Assembly (NCBI RefSeq): GCF_001447785.1
Contig: NW_015163638.1
Location: 345,687 to 409,686, forward strand
Origin: Gekko japonicus
Taxonomy: Eukaryota
DNA length: 64,000 nt
Direction: 5' to 3'
In this document: piece by piece, positions 36,834-49,768 of the stretch
How positions within the stretch are numbered: position 1 is the first letter of the stretch
Layout: each line of letters starts with the position of its first letter
Position numbers and translations under genes: made by a program
Notes under the pieces: generated by a model
What the model was told of the DNA's origin: nothing
Databases searched by the model: none
What the model saw: the letters and a program-made list of their open reading frames with translations, nothing else

Positions 36834-37842
36834 CTCCTCAGTATTTACATGTGGTAAGTAAGCTGGAGAGGAGAAGACAGACTCCATTTTTTAAAATTCA
36901 TTTTGATCCCACTTTTTGGTTCATAAACAACTATTCATCCCAAGTTTGTATCAGCTTTTAATGAAAACTTTATATTTAGAGCTTGATCTTACGGCTCATT
37001 GTACCACTAAACAAGTTTTTAGGAATTAGGTGCTGGTGACCTATCAATTTACACCAATAACATTGCAATCCTAAACTGAGTTACACCCTTCTAAGCAATT
37101 AGCTCCCATTTGCAACTTGAAATTAATAGTACTGGTCTACCTTAACAGGGTTATTGTAAGGATTGCTGAGATATATTAAGTGCTATATAAATGCAGCAAA
37201 CCTTGAATGGGGATTGGTCAGGGGGAGGGGAACTCAAGCAGGAAAGGCATGATGCTGAGCAGTTCTGGCTACCATGGAGATGTCTAAAATGGTGTGAAGA
37301 TGTAGAGAGGGAAAGGAGTAAATTAACTGTTGAGGAGAGGAAGGAACGGCTAGAAAAGGGGAGCATTCTGAGGACCAGCAAAAACTTGCAGAGAAAAGCC
37401 AAGATGACTCATTCTGGAAGGAAAAAGAAAAGCTTAATCTGGAAGACTGCTAGGTTCTTCTCACCAGCCTCCTAACCCTAACCTCACATCGTAGTTTCTT
37501 GCTGGGTCTTCCTCACTGACTCCATAATCTCTGCATGAGTTTCTGTATACAATACATGAGGAACAAGCTGGAAGCATCCCCCCCACACACACACACACAT
37601 TTTGTTCTCAGTGCTCAGAATGTCCTGAGGCAAGTTCAACATTCTGTTTCCATATACTGTTTATCTGCAGTATTTATGGCTTATAGCATTGAAATTTTTA
37701 CAGCGTATAAATTGTAAGCTCAAAAAGGACTTAGTTAACTGGTGCTCGCTTACTCTGGTTTCTTATTCCTCTAAACAAAATTAATTTTTGTACTGAAAGC
37801 TCAGAGATTCATTGCAGTCTTGTGTAATTTACACGTTTTTAG

Positions 37843-37906
37843 TTTGAGCCCAGGGGGAAGAGACCAGAGAACATAACTTTGCAAAGCATTGTTGCCATTA
37901 TAAAAG
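37843..37906 (+). pseudogene. Candidate exon F (64 nt, phase 0-1)
   Basis: gtttttAG FEPRGKRPENITLQSIVAIIK G|GTAACA. Confidence 0.4.
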
Positions 37907-40451
37907 GTAACATAAAGAAGGACTTATGGAGCCTTCATCATTTTGAGTTTTTTTAAAATTTGAAACGTGCACAGAGATACCCCAAATACTGTACCAGTGT
38001 GTCCCACCATAACTGTTTCAGATGTTTTTTGGAATGTTATGTTGTAAAATAGTCAAAAGTATTTAAATTACCCAGAGTATCAATGGATCGTGCTCTATTG
38101 GAAAGAAGAGATTTCTTTGCTTTTAAAAACCTTTATTTCTAAGGGTAAAAGGTATACAGGGAACCTACAAAATAACAGAACATCTAACAGCTAAATTTTC
38201 TACTGCTTACTTCTCAAAACATAGTCACACACTAACACAGAGATAATGGAGAATTTGTCCTTCTTCTCGACCCCTAGAAAGGAAGTCACCTGAAAACAAA
38301 CAACCAATCTGTATCACAATAGAAGCTACTTCTCCCGGGCTAATTCCCCATTGGCTCAGTGCCAGGTATCCCTTCCAGGTCAGTCTAAACAATAGCAATA
38401 CTAGGTAAACACGTTAACCCTATAATGACTGGGATGTTTAACATTTCCAACATGTTAAACATCCCCACATAAACATATGTTTATCCTTTTCATATGGTCG
38501 TCTCTCCGCCCCCTGTCTCTGCATGAGTAACTGATCTGAGGCTGCGGTCACATGAGCAATTTGCAGTGATATCGTTGTGGTACCTTTCCAGATTTAAAGG
38601 GCACGATCAGACAACAACATCTGCCTTCCATGCCCCAGTCAAGGGCACCCTGTTTTGCCCTGCTTTGAAAGCAGAGTAACCAGGCACCAAGGAAAGTCTG
38701 ATCTTTACTGATGCCAGCACTTCCACTCTGCTTTTCCAACAGTCTGAACTCCCCTGTTGCGAACTGAAGCCGGATGGGAAGTCTGAACTGGCAGATCCAT
38801 TTCCGCCAGGTTTTCTTTTTTAGTAGCTGCCGATATTCACATAAGCACATGAGTGTATATGCATGTGTGCCCACCTGTTTTTTGAAGAAACCGAATGGGC
38901 AGCATGTTCCATGGTTGAGGTGCTGCACTAATGTGGATTACTGCACTAGATGAGCACGTGTGAAAACTGCCACAGGGTGTGCTGTCTGGTTGGTCCTTCT
39001 CGCAGCAATTTGAACCAGCGCACTTAGAGGTGCACCCAGATCACGCCTAACCTCCAGTGTGCCCACAGCCTGAGTGTATCTTTTGATTGGAAGGAGGCAC
39101 CCTTGAACATGACTTAAAGAGCCTCACATCAAGAAGGTAATTCAGCGCCATCTCTACATTGAGCTTGATGGATCCAAAACAGAGATGCAGCAGAATTATC
39201 TGTTCCTGTTTTTTGTTTTTGTTTTTTTTTAAACCTACTTGAAAAGAGGCAAGGCCAGAACAATGAATCATGCAGGGGTATGGCAGATAGGTTCCTCTGC
39301 AGATGGGTAATTTAAGCTCACAGAAGCCTTTCATTATTTAATCTATTCATTTCTCATGGAACCCTATCAATTCTGTCAAGGCATACAGTTTTACTTGAAT
39401 TAATGTTTTAATATTACAATGTGGCTGTTGCTGACTTAATAGATATTTCTTTTGTTTATCCAGCTGTGCCTGATGTGCCAAAATGATTCTTTAAAAACAG
39501 GCTGAAAATGTTTAAATAAATGAAAACTGAAACAGCATCAGAGCATACCAGCTCCAGAAATCCTCTTGTGGTTTTCTTTGTTAAATACAGCTGGATAGTT
39601 TAATATACCAAACCTTCATTTGCCAATTTAATACCCAAACATTTGATTTCTCAAGTCACTGTCATTGGTAAAGCATACTTGATGAGTAACCTGGCCTAAC
39701 TTTCTGACAAAACTCTTATTTTAATTTAATGCATAGATTATGGGCATGAAACATGCACAGAATTTGTATGATGAAATTGTCTCGGTAACCATGGTAGTAG
39801 TTTCTCAGTTTCCTCCATGAATAACTGGCTGGCTTATAGTTAGATAAAAGACTTTTCCAAGACTGACTGTAAAATCCTTTAAAACCCATTGACTTCAATG
39901 GATTTAGAAAGGTGTAACCCTGTTTAGGATTGCACTTTAAGGCTACAGTAGCCATTTTTCTGGTAGTAAGCCACATGGAAGAACTCAGGACTTACTTCTG
40001 AGTAGACCTGCATAGAATTGCTCCCCAAAGCTTGAATGGCATTGATTTTTAAAACAAATTAGTTTTTAAATGAAACATATTCATTCAGCAACACTTATAG
40101 ATCTTTGTATGAAAAGAGGATTTTAGATGGGGGAAAGCCAGTTTTATACAGATAAGGTACATGTTTATTTGGGTGCAACATTTTTGGAAAATGGTAGTGA
40201 ATATGTTAGCAGTTGGCATAGGTGTTAAAGTGAATTGACCTGTGAATTCATTTTGCTAAATTGCACAGTAACAATACCAAAGGGTTACCATAGATTAGTG
40301 TTGAATATGTTGCCAGGGTTTGTTTGTTTGTTTGTTTGTTTTGTGAAAGTTTAGAAGGAAAAAAACCCTATTCTTCAGGATGATTTTGGCCATGGTAGAT
40401 TTTTTTCTATAATTATATTTTCTTAATTCTATCCTTATTCTGACATTGTAG

Positions 40452-40586
40452 ATACTCTTACATTTTGTGTTGTATAAACTGTGATTTTGGATAACAAAAA
40501 AGATAAAAGAAAAATAGATGCTAGTGCGCATTTAAGAACTTTGATCTATGTTGTATTTTTAGAAACTGCATTGGCCACCAGACAAG
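40452..40586 (+). pseudogene. Candidate exon G (135 nt, phase 1-1)
   Basis: TLTFCVV*TVILDNKKDKRKIDASAHLRTLIYVVFLETALATRQ, AAG|GTAATA donor. Confidence 0.4.
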
Positions 40587-41094
40587 GTAATAACAGCAAA
40601 AGGCCTGCCTAATTTCTCTTTAAAACACTGGAAGCCAGCCTTTGCATTAACTCTGTTGGGAGAACTTTCAATTGAAAGTGGAGAGGTCTATGATTGCATT
40701 CCAGACTCGTGCCATGAGGCATTTTGCTTCAGGGGTATTGTAGCAATGAACTGTGACCAGTGAAAATGGGAACGAGGAAGAGAGAAAGGTGGGGTATGAA
40801 CAGAGGCAGAAACTTCAGCAAAAATGTGCAGAGAGAAGGTAATTTTTCTTGTCTCCTGGGATAACAGACTTTGGGTTGGATCCAGCCAGCTTTTTTGATC
40901 AATCGTAGCCAACACTCATTCTTATTATAGCTCCTGCCCCACATGGCTTTTGTCCTTCTTGGCCCCATGATCCCCAGGCTTGGTAATCAAAGGGAACCCT
41001 CTCCTCTCCTTTTCACAGTGAAAAGGCTGACTGGATCCAACCCATTATCTCATGGAACGGTTCCACAATAATATGAAGGTTAATGTTCTTGCAG

Positions 41095-41146
41095 GGGTTA
41101 AGAAAAGTCTACTGCTTGTAATTTGCCAATTACATTTTTGAGGAAG
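41095..41146 (+). pseudogene. Candidate exon H (52 nt, phase 1-2)
   Basis: ttcttgcAG VKKSLLLVICQLHF*G, AAG|GTATGT donor. Confidence 0.35.
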
Positions 41147-41949
41147 GTATGTGTTATTATTTCAAGATTAAAGGTGAGAATAAGTTCAGTGGATGGAGAG
41201 ATTATATCGAATAGGATAAAACTCTCCATGCTAGTGCTGTGCTAGTGAAGCTATGAAGCGCTGGTGCTGCACTTCAGCCTTCCCAAGTCTTATAATTGTT
41301 ATAACTTCCATCTGGAGGCAAGGGATGACCGCTGCATCCAGGAGTCAGACTCCCATTTCTGGAATCCTAATGCAGCACTGTTAACCACTGAGCCATAACA
41401 CCAGAACTGTAGGGGTTAAAGAAAAAGGCTGCTGTGTCCCTGGCAGTCTCACTGGTCATGATGTGTGTGAGTATGCAATGGAATGAGTGTTGCCAGCACT
41501 ATATTACATTGTGCAGCAGTTTGATTTGGTAGCTACCTGGGGACTGGTTGGGCTTCCTGGCAGTTGATCTCTACAGACTGACTTGTCATTTAGTTTCTTC
41601 TTACCCAGTGTTTTATAATACTGACAGGCTTGCAGCCAGCGTGGCCCTTAGTAGGATGACAAAATTAGGCTGCTGGTTTTATTTAACTGCAGTTAAGAGG
41701 GATATTGTAATAGCTGAACGACTAGATCAAGCCACAACAAATGCAAACAGAGTGGTGGCAGCGTTAGGTGGTTTCAGCAAAAACATGGGAGCCTGAGACA
41801 TTTCTAGGCAGCTGAGCTTTACATAAAAATGTCACAAACTGTACCACTTGCATTTCCATGCCTTCTCATCCTACTGCTTATGATTTCATTTGTTGTCTAA
41901 TGTGTGCGTGTGTATATGTACATCTCCCTCAATTGCAGACCCACAGCAC

Positions 41950-42022
41950 ACCTCTGATGAAGTGGGATCTGGTCCACAAAAGCTTATAAGTCTGTTAGTC
42001 TTTAAGATGCCAGAGGACTTTC
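41950..42022 (+). mobile_element. Penelope-like pLTR remnant with degenerate hammerhead ribozyme motif
   Basis: CTGATGA-agtgg(8 nt)ccac-AAAA-gctta followed by ttagtctttaagatgccagaggact. Confidence 0.55.
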
Positions 42023-42294
42023 TTTAGCTTTAATCAAGTTCTTTGCAAGTGTTCCTCTGTTATTAATGAAAGTGTATATTGTGAAAGGACAACTGCTTGA
42101 CAGTTAAGAAAAAGTCATGCCTTCATTTTACTATAATGCAACAATATTCTGGTCCTGTATCAGTGAAACTTGGGTCTAAAATGCAAGTATTAATATAGTA
42201 ATGCTGAAATACTCCTCAGAGAGACAGGTATATATACAGATGCTTCTTTTATTATTTTCTCATTGTTTTTCTTTTCTAAAATGAATTATTCAAG

Positions 42295-42472
42295 GATGGT
42301 TCCAGATATGAAGTCAAGAGCAAACAAACATACTACCAACAGCAAACGATAAAAGCAAGAAATTGTCATTAGAAGGGTTAGAAGGATGCTTTGAGACTGT
42401 ACCAGAGGCTAGAGGATGCCGAACTCCCTTTCCGAAAGCTCTTTATTCATCACTACTTGAGACATCACTCAG
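42295..42472 (+). pseudogene. Candidate exon I (internal frameshift)
   Basis: Long pyrimidine tract upstream; 3' part KDALRLYQRLEDAELPFRKLFIHHYLRHHS, CAG|GTACAA, phase 1. Confidence 0.45.
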
Positions 42473-44153
42473 GTACAAATCTTTGTTTTTTACCACTTAA
42501 TTCTCTTTCTTTACAAAGCCAGTGATACTGGTTTCAAAGTGGAGGGGAGTCTTCTGCTAAGACATTTATTTAGTTTCCATATAAAAGGGACTTTCCTCTT
42601 CATTCTTGAAAAAGGTAAACAAAGCTATAAAAATCAGTGCACAGACTGTCAAAATCTACACAACCTTCTATCAGAGGGGAAATTTTTCCCCACTACATCT
42701 TTGGTTTTACAGGAAATCTTAAATCTTGTCAAGGTAACCACCGTGGCATTTAAAATGTTAACGCAGAGAACTAGGCTTCTATTTAAACCTAAACCCAATG
42801 ATGAAAGATAGTATTTGAATGACCTTTATGGAGAAAAAAATGTTTTATTATCTTTCTGGTCAAAATACACTGTTAATGTGGTTCACTTTAAAGTAAGGAA
42901 AATGTCAAAAGGTGCCATATCTATCTGGGAAGAAAACATTCGAGATATAACTTCTCATCAACTATAAGGACACAAAATATTGGTACAGAGTAGGGCAGGT
43001 TTACAGCTTTTAAAAAGATGTTCAGAACTTTGCACCAAAATGTAAATTGGAGACAAAAATAAAAATAATTATATTAACATTGACATTGTAATGCTCTAAA
43101 GGATTTAGTGCCTCTTAGTGACTGGGTAATTTGCTCTGATGTCATAGAAGGGTCTCTGGCTGCTGTTCAGACAGAGACACAGTATGCATAAGGTTCTAGA
43201 CAAGGTGGGGTAAAATAAGAGAATGTTAGGAAATGATTGTCAAGCTAAGTTTCGTTTCTTTGTAATTCACTTCACTGCTTGCCATGATATGGGGGGAGGG
43301 AATTCCTGAGGGGAGTGCATGGGGTGTTGAGAGTGAATGCCTGTAGTAGCCATAACCATTTCTTTAAGCTGTGCCCCAACACCAGTTCCCATGGAAGCTG
43401 ACCTTGGAGACTCTTCTGCCATGCTAGAGTAGATAAGGCGCCATATATCTGTCAGGGTTGCCATAGTGACCTAGGGGCTGGATGATGACGTATGCATGAG
43501 ATGTGGGGAATATAGGTAATTGCCTTACCTATAACTGGGGAATTTCCGCACGTTTTCTCAGTTCTGACACAGAGCATGTTCCCAAAAATAAGCATATCTC
43601 AATAAACCACTGCTGCTTAAGTGTGTTGTGAAGAGTGTCTTAACTGGGAGACCTGACAATGATTCAGCAAAATCCTGGGAAAGCAGCAGCCTAATGAAGA
43701 TGACGTTGGGGAGCACGAAGAAAAAAAAAAGAGAAAGAGAAACAAGTTGAGAGACTCCCTGCCCTGATGGAAGGGGGAGATGGCAACCCCTAATGAACAC
43801 ACCATTTCCTCAATTGGAAATGCCTCTTCCCCCTGGCTGCTTTAAGCCCTAGTAGGAAAAAAAAATAGGCACAATGTGTTACCTCTCCTCTTCCCCCTCC
43901 CTGGAAAAGCAACTGGGGGGGGGAGGCATTTTCCATTGGAGATTCCTCTTGCCCAGTGCCCCAGACCTAACCCTATTGGGCATCCTTGTGAAAATGGACA
44001 AATAATACATCTGGAGGTCCAGCCACAGAATGCCAGCGACATTTAATCCCACCGTACTGAGAAATATTAAAACTCATATATTCATTTATATAATGAGCCA
44101 AATCCTGGCTACTGGACTTTAATTATCCCTATGTTGCCTTATCTTTTCTTTAG

Positions 44154-44218
44154 CATACAAGGATCCAGAAAAGTGTTCTGATATTGAACACGAAAAATGG
44201 ACATACAGCCTATTGGAA
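44154..44218 (+). pseudogene. Candidate exon J (65 nt, phase 1-0)
   Basis: cttttctttAG (A)YKDPEKCSDIEHEKWTYSLLE|GTGAGG; in phase with exon I. Confidence 0.45.
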
Positions 44219-44485
44219 GTGAGGACTGTTTACGTTGTCTTCTGCCTCAGACTACAGAGGAAGACTGCAATAGAGTCAGAGAGACAAAGAGGCCAAGGCA
44301 AAGAGCATCCTTTTCTTCTCTCTGATGCTGTCCCTTTGGTGTTCCTGTTCTTAGGGGGAAGCTTCTTTCCTTCCTTCCTGTTTCTCCCCTCTCGTGCACA
44401 CAGTGCCATGATTCTCCATCTTTGGCACCGTGAGAGCAGGAGGCTTTCCCGCATCTCCATCCATCGAGTTAGAAATATCATATTA

Positions 44486-44927
44486 GGTCCCTGCCACATG
44501 GGGGGAAAGGAACGGGTGAAAGTGCGGCTTTATAAAGCTGCACCAAAAGAAACACGCGGCGGCAGGATCACATTGATCCCCTGAGCCACGGCGCATTCCC
44601 TCCCCGGCACGATCAGATGCCGGGGAAAGCGACAGTGGGGAACGGGAGACTGCTGAACTGCGCATGTCTGAGCATGCGCAGTTCAGCCAGGAGCCGGGGA
44701 TGCGACGGCTGAAGGACGCGCCGGCGATCCCACGGCCGGCCTTGATGCGGCCGCGCTGGAAGAACCACCTCGGTAGGTGGTGTATTTTTGCTGCGCCTTT
44801 TCGGGGGTTGGGATGGATCGGGGACGGGTGCGCACCGCTTCCCAGATGTTGCGGTGAGATTGCGCCCGTTTGCTGCACCCCCAATCCGTCCCTCTCCCGG
44901 GCCAAACTTTTACGTGTGACCGGGGCT
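44486..44927 (+). mobile_element. PIF/Harbinger-like MITE
   Basis: TIRs; 3-bp TSD TTA. Confidence 0.85.
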
Positions 44928-45778
44928 TTAGAGAATCTATCTCTCCTCTTTCCTATCTAGAATGACGTTCATATAATAAACTCCGAATATTAGTATGAAA
45001 TATAGAGAGGCTCTGTGTAATGTTTGTTTCTCGCTTGCACACACTCTGTGTCAGATGGCCCTGCTGCGCATATGACCCTTGGGCACTCTGCCAACAATAT
45101 ATCCCAAAACAGCCTTGGTCTTTGTTCAGTTGTTGAAGACATGTGCAACTTAAATCTTCAGAGCTAGACTAGAAACTTACATCCTCCTTTTCTAAAACAG
45201 GCCTTGTGATTCTTTCTGACCTTGTACTTGCCAGGCTAGAACTTTTAAGATCTCCTGAGCTCAGGTGCTAAACTGATATTTTGCAGCTGACATTTGCTGG
45301 GATAACAGTAAAAAGTTTTATGGTGTAACATTTTGTTGTTAAATATAGTAATGTTCAACTTGGCTTAAGTGTTTGCAATTCTCAGTAGGGATGCTCAAAT
45401 ACCTGCTGGTTCAGCTCCTCTTCTTTCAAATCCAGCTTAGTTACCATTCTCTGTGTTTCTGTTGTTGTGAATGTCTCAAGAAAAAGGAGAAAGATGGTGA
45501 GAAAATCCTGAGCAAACCTCAAGACAATAAAGACAAATCCATTTTCAATTACAAGTCAATTGAGGAGGGGGGGGAATTCAATTCTGGGACTCGTCAATAG
45601 GGTGCCAGTCTAGTATCTACATTGGCATTAGTCTTTTTTGTGAAATGGGATGTAACAGGAATCGATAACATAGGTTAGATTCTCATCTACAAAAACCCAA
45701 CATTAAAAATGGACGGTGCCCAGATTAAATTGCAAAAGTATGTTTTTTTATTAAATAGATCTACAACAACATTGCATG

Positions 45779-45969
45779 CAGTGTTCCCTCTAAGCTAGCT
45801 CACAGTTTTTTAGCCTCCGGCTCACACATTTTTGTCTTAGCTCAGGAAGAACGGCTCCAGAGCAAACTAATTTTTGCAGTAGCCAAATCGCTCACTCACA
45901 ATTTTAATGCCAGTAGCTCACAAAGTAGAATTTTTGCTCGCAAGACTCCACAACTTAGAGGGAGCATTG
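45779..45969 (-). mobile_element. ~205-bp family hAT MITE
   Basis: TIRs; perfect 8-bp TSD attgcatg. Confidence 0.92.
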
Positions 45970-47122
45970 ATTGCATGTATATTTTTCAGTACTTTTGACA
46001 TCTGTGTAGGTCCTTAAATTTTCCTACTTTACTTTAATTGCTTTCCCCCTCCTTTCCCTCCTTTGTTATTTACCAAGTTTGCATTCAGCCACACATACTC
46101 TCAGGAAGGGGTGGCAAAATGCTTTGTTGCAGAATGCACCTCTTACCCATTCCACTTCAAACCCACCCCCACCCCTATTGAGACAGTCCACAGTTATCCC
46201 AGATCTCTGCCCAGCAGCATACTGCTTTCCCAAGCCCACCTGACTCTCAGAAGGGTTCCTTCATATACAGCCTCCAGCCGGTCAGTTAGAGTATTTCCCC
46301 CTAAGAGGGCCGGCACTCCTTGCACTCTATAAGCTCCTACATGTTCCTGCATCTCCTCCTTTTGCTCTGACTAGCCTTTGAAGGGATGGCTTACTGCACT
46401 TGCACACTCCCAGGGATCTAGAGATCAATTGACCAACTGCCTTCCTTCCCCTGGCACCCTTTTAGTAATGTATTCAAGTGGGGTTTATTGTGATTACAGA
46501 GAACAAACTTCCAGCATTCAAAGTAATACAGAATTTGTTAAAAAGAAAATTGTCCACACACTCTGCACAACAATAGACAAAGCAAGGTTACAAAGTAAAG
46601 GTGCATGCAGGCATTCCTCTGTCCTTTCTCTCTAAACATACAGCGATTGTTGTTAGAAAGCTCTTTATTCTTAAAGTAGTAGCTTTCTGTTAGTCATCCA
46701 TTACCTTGAGTCTTTGTCTGGGCTGCTTTGCCCCTTGTTTGCTCCACATGGTAATGGCAGCTATCAAGATGGAATCAGCCAAGATGGTACAAGTGTCCAT
46801 GTCCAAATTAGATGTTGTATTATTGTGAGTAAGGAGTTGTTTAAGATTGGGGGGGTGTTCGTGGGGGGGGGGAGTTTGCCGCTAGTACTCGTGAAAGAGA
46901 ACTGTTATTATCCAGTTATAAGTTGCTGATGATGTGTTGAATTAAATTGAGTTGAGAATTGTATGTGACCCCTAGTAGTGTTCTGTTATTGTCTCTTTTG
47001 GGGCCTGTCTTGCTACAGATTTTCTCTGGGTACCATTCTGGCTTTGTTAATCTGTTTCTTGATTTAATCCAGTGGATATTTTAGTTCCAAAAAGGTTTGC
47101 TGTAGATCAACAAGTTGGAGAT

Positions 47123-47673
47123 TAAAGGTAAAGGTTTTCCTTGCTCGAAAGCTAGTCAAATCTGACTCTAGGGGGGGGTGCTTAGTGTTCCCTCTAAGCT
47201 GAGTTAGTGTGAGCTAGCTCACAGTTTTTTAGCCTCCGGCTCACACATTTTTGTCTTAGCTCAGGAAGGAGGGCCCCAGAGCAAACTAATTTATGTAGTA
47301 GCCAAATCGCTCGCTCACAACTTTAATGCCAGTAGCTCACAAAGTAGAATTTTTGCTCACAGGACTCCACAGCTTAGAGGGAACATTGTACCTCCGTTTC
47401 GAAGCTGAAGAGCCAGCGCTGTCCGAAGACTCCTCCGTGGTCATGTGGCTGGCATGACTAAATGCCAAGGCACACAGAACACCGTTACCTTCCCATCAAA
47501 GCAGTACCTATTTATCTACTTGCAGTTTCTTGCTTTTGAACTGCTAGGTTGACAGGAGCTGGGGCCAGAGACGGGAGCTCACTCCGTCACGCGGCACTAG
47601 GGTCTTGAAACTGCTGAGCTACCGACCTTCCGGTCTGCAGCTCAGCATCCTAACCTCAGCCACTGCGTTCCCT
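47123..47673 (-). mobile_element. Sauria SINE (diverged) with nested hAT MITE at 47183-47388
   Basis: TSD caag(t/g)tggagat; SINE sequence resumes after the MITE TIR. Confidence 0.88.
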
Positions 47674-48681
47674 CAAGGTGGAGATGCTTGAGAACAATTA
47701 GTTAGTCTCTTGTTTCCTGGCTTTGTACTGACAGAGAAACCTTGTTGAATGAATGTGGAGGGTTTTAATTCCAGACTGTCAGTAGTGTAATGTAGCCCAG
47801 AGTGCAGTGCATTTCTCTACATGCCCAAACACATCAGCATTTCTGCTGGGTAATTTCAAGGTATCTGTGGGAGAACGTGCCTACCCTGGCCTGCAGGCCC
47901 CTCTCTGCCCTGCCTTCCTAGGGGGTTCCCAACGTCCTGGAGGGGCTTTTCCCTTTACTCTCCAGTAGCCACTACCAACACCTGATCAATAGAGGGAGTT
48001 CTCACTGAAGGGATCAATTCAGGACCCTCAGCTCCCCTTCCAAGCTCAGAGGCCTTGCCTCAGTGTCTCCACTAGCCCAGTGCCTGGCTACCATGGGGAT
48101 ATTTTAATGCTTTGTGCACCCCTGGGAGAATAGCCAGTTGTCAACTGCTTGCCTCTTCCCCCTCCCCCCGGGGTCCTTTTTAAAATACCATTTTTGAAGT
48201 CTGTGTGATACAGAGAACCTTACCTTGCATCAACAGTTTAAAATATTTATTAAAAAGAAAATGTTTACAAGCATACTTTCAGCACAACACCAGTTTAAGC
48301 AAGGGAAAACAAAATAAATTGGTAAGAAATGAAAATCCTCCACCCCTTCCTCTATACATACCCTACTTGATGGTAAAATATAAGGCAGGCTCTAGATGTT
48401 CTAGTTCTCTAAAGATCTGGCATTACCTTAAAGCCTGCTCCCAGCTCTTTAGGCCAGCTCCCAGTCACCCAGGCTGGTCCCAAATGGCTGCCTGTTCTCA
48501 ATCTCAGACAAGAGGTCTGTTCAGCTCAGCATCCTAAAGAAAAGAGAGCAACTTCCTTTTGCAAGGAAGTTTTATTAACTTTCTGCCCCATTGACGAGGT
48601 CATGCCAGGTCAAAGAAGTGTTTCCTCCAGCCCATTCCTGAAGATTGTATCTGGAGCTGATCTAGCCTAAAGCCCAACTCT

Positions 48682-49122
48682 GGCCCTGTTCATACGAGCC
48701 GTTTGGGCCGGGAGAAGGACGGATCTGGGCCGGAGCAAACGGGCGCGATCTGGGGAACATCTGGGGAACGTCGTGCTACCGTCTCCGATCCGTCCCATCC
48801 CACCCATACAGCGCACCAAAAAACAACCACCTACCTGGGTGGTTCTTTCGATTGGGCCGTGGCAAGTGCGGCCGTGGGATCGCCGGCGCGTCCTTGTGCC
48901 GGCGCATCCCCGGCTCCTGGCCGAACTGCGCATGTGTGAGCATACGCAGTTCGGCAGGCTCCCCTTTCCACCATCGCATTCTCCCCGGCATCTGATCATG
49001 CTGGGGAGTGACGGCGCCGCGGCACGGGGGATCTGTGAGATCCCGCCGCGGCATCTCAACTGTGATGCGGCTCAGATTAGCCGCAGTTCGACCATCCTTT
49101 TCCCTGCCGTGTGGCAGGGACC
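48682..49122 (-). mobile_element. PIF/Harbinger-like MITE
   Basis: TIRs; 3-bp TSD TCT. Confidence 0.82.
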
Positions 49123-49279
49123 TCTGTTTCCTGCCTGGAGAAAGGGGGGGGGGAGAGAAAGGGGGAAGACTTATCTATCCAATTGTCTTTCCTGCTGGAG
49201 TCATTAGCACTTGTAAGAAGGTGAGCTGATGTGCCAGCAAACGGACCTCCTCCTTTGAATAGAAGGGGGGGAAACTGGT

Positions 49280-49454
49280 TGGTACCTATTTATCTACTTG
49301 CAATTCCTTGCTTTCGAACTGCTAGGTTGGCAGGAGCTGGAACTAGAGGTGGGAGCTCACTCCGTCATGCGGCACACTCGGGTCTCGAACTGCTAAACTA
49401 CCGACCTTCCACAGCCTGCAGTTCAGCGTCTTAACCACTTGAGCCACCGCAGCT
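49280..49454 (-). mobile_element. Sauria SINE, head half only
   Basis: Matches the 5' half of other copies. Confidence 0.85.
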
Positions 49455-49651
49455 TGAGCCTGCCTTCACCTCAAAGCAACTTACATTGTTCTCCTCTCCT
49501 CCATTTTATCCTCACAACAAGCCTGGGAGATAGAATAGTCTAAGAGTGTGAGTGGCTCCAGATCACCCAGCAAGCTTCCGTGGGAGACTGGGGATTAGAA
49601 CTTGGTTCATTCCAGATTCCAAGTCCAACACTCTAATCACTTCACCCCGCT

Positions 49652-49768
49652 GCTGGACCTCCTCATGGCACCTGGTGTTTTTGGCCACTGTGTGACAGAG
49701 TGTTGGACTGGATGGGCCCATTGGCCTGATCCAACATTGGTTTCTCTTATGTCCTTATGTTCTTATGC
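49652..49768 (+). mobile_element. CR1 LINE 3' end
   Basis: tgttggactggatgggcccattggcctgatccaac plus a (TTCTTATG)-like tail. Confidence 0.7.

Noticed and set aside
43457-43470. RFX X-box-like GTTGCCATAGTGAC
   Set aside because: Overlaps an agggttgcca transposon-end motif and lies far from the promoter.
45386-45496. Further pseudo-exon (AG...ATG|GTGAGA); similar candidates near 24889, 27072 and 39464
   Set aside because: Splice-like signals are present but frame and phase are ambiguous and the peptides are unconvincing.
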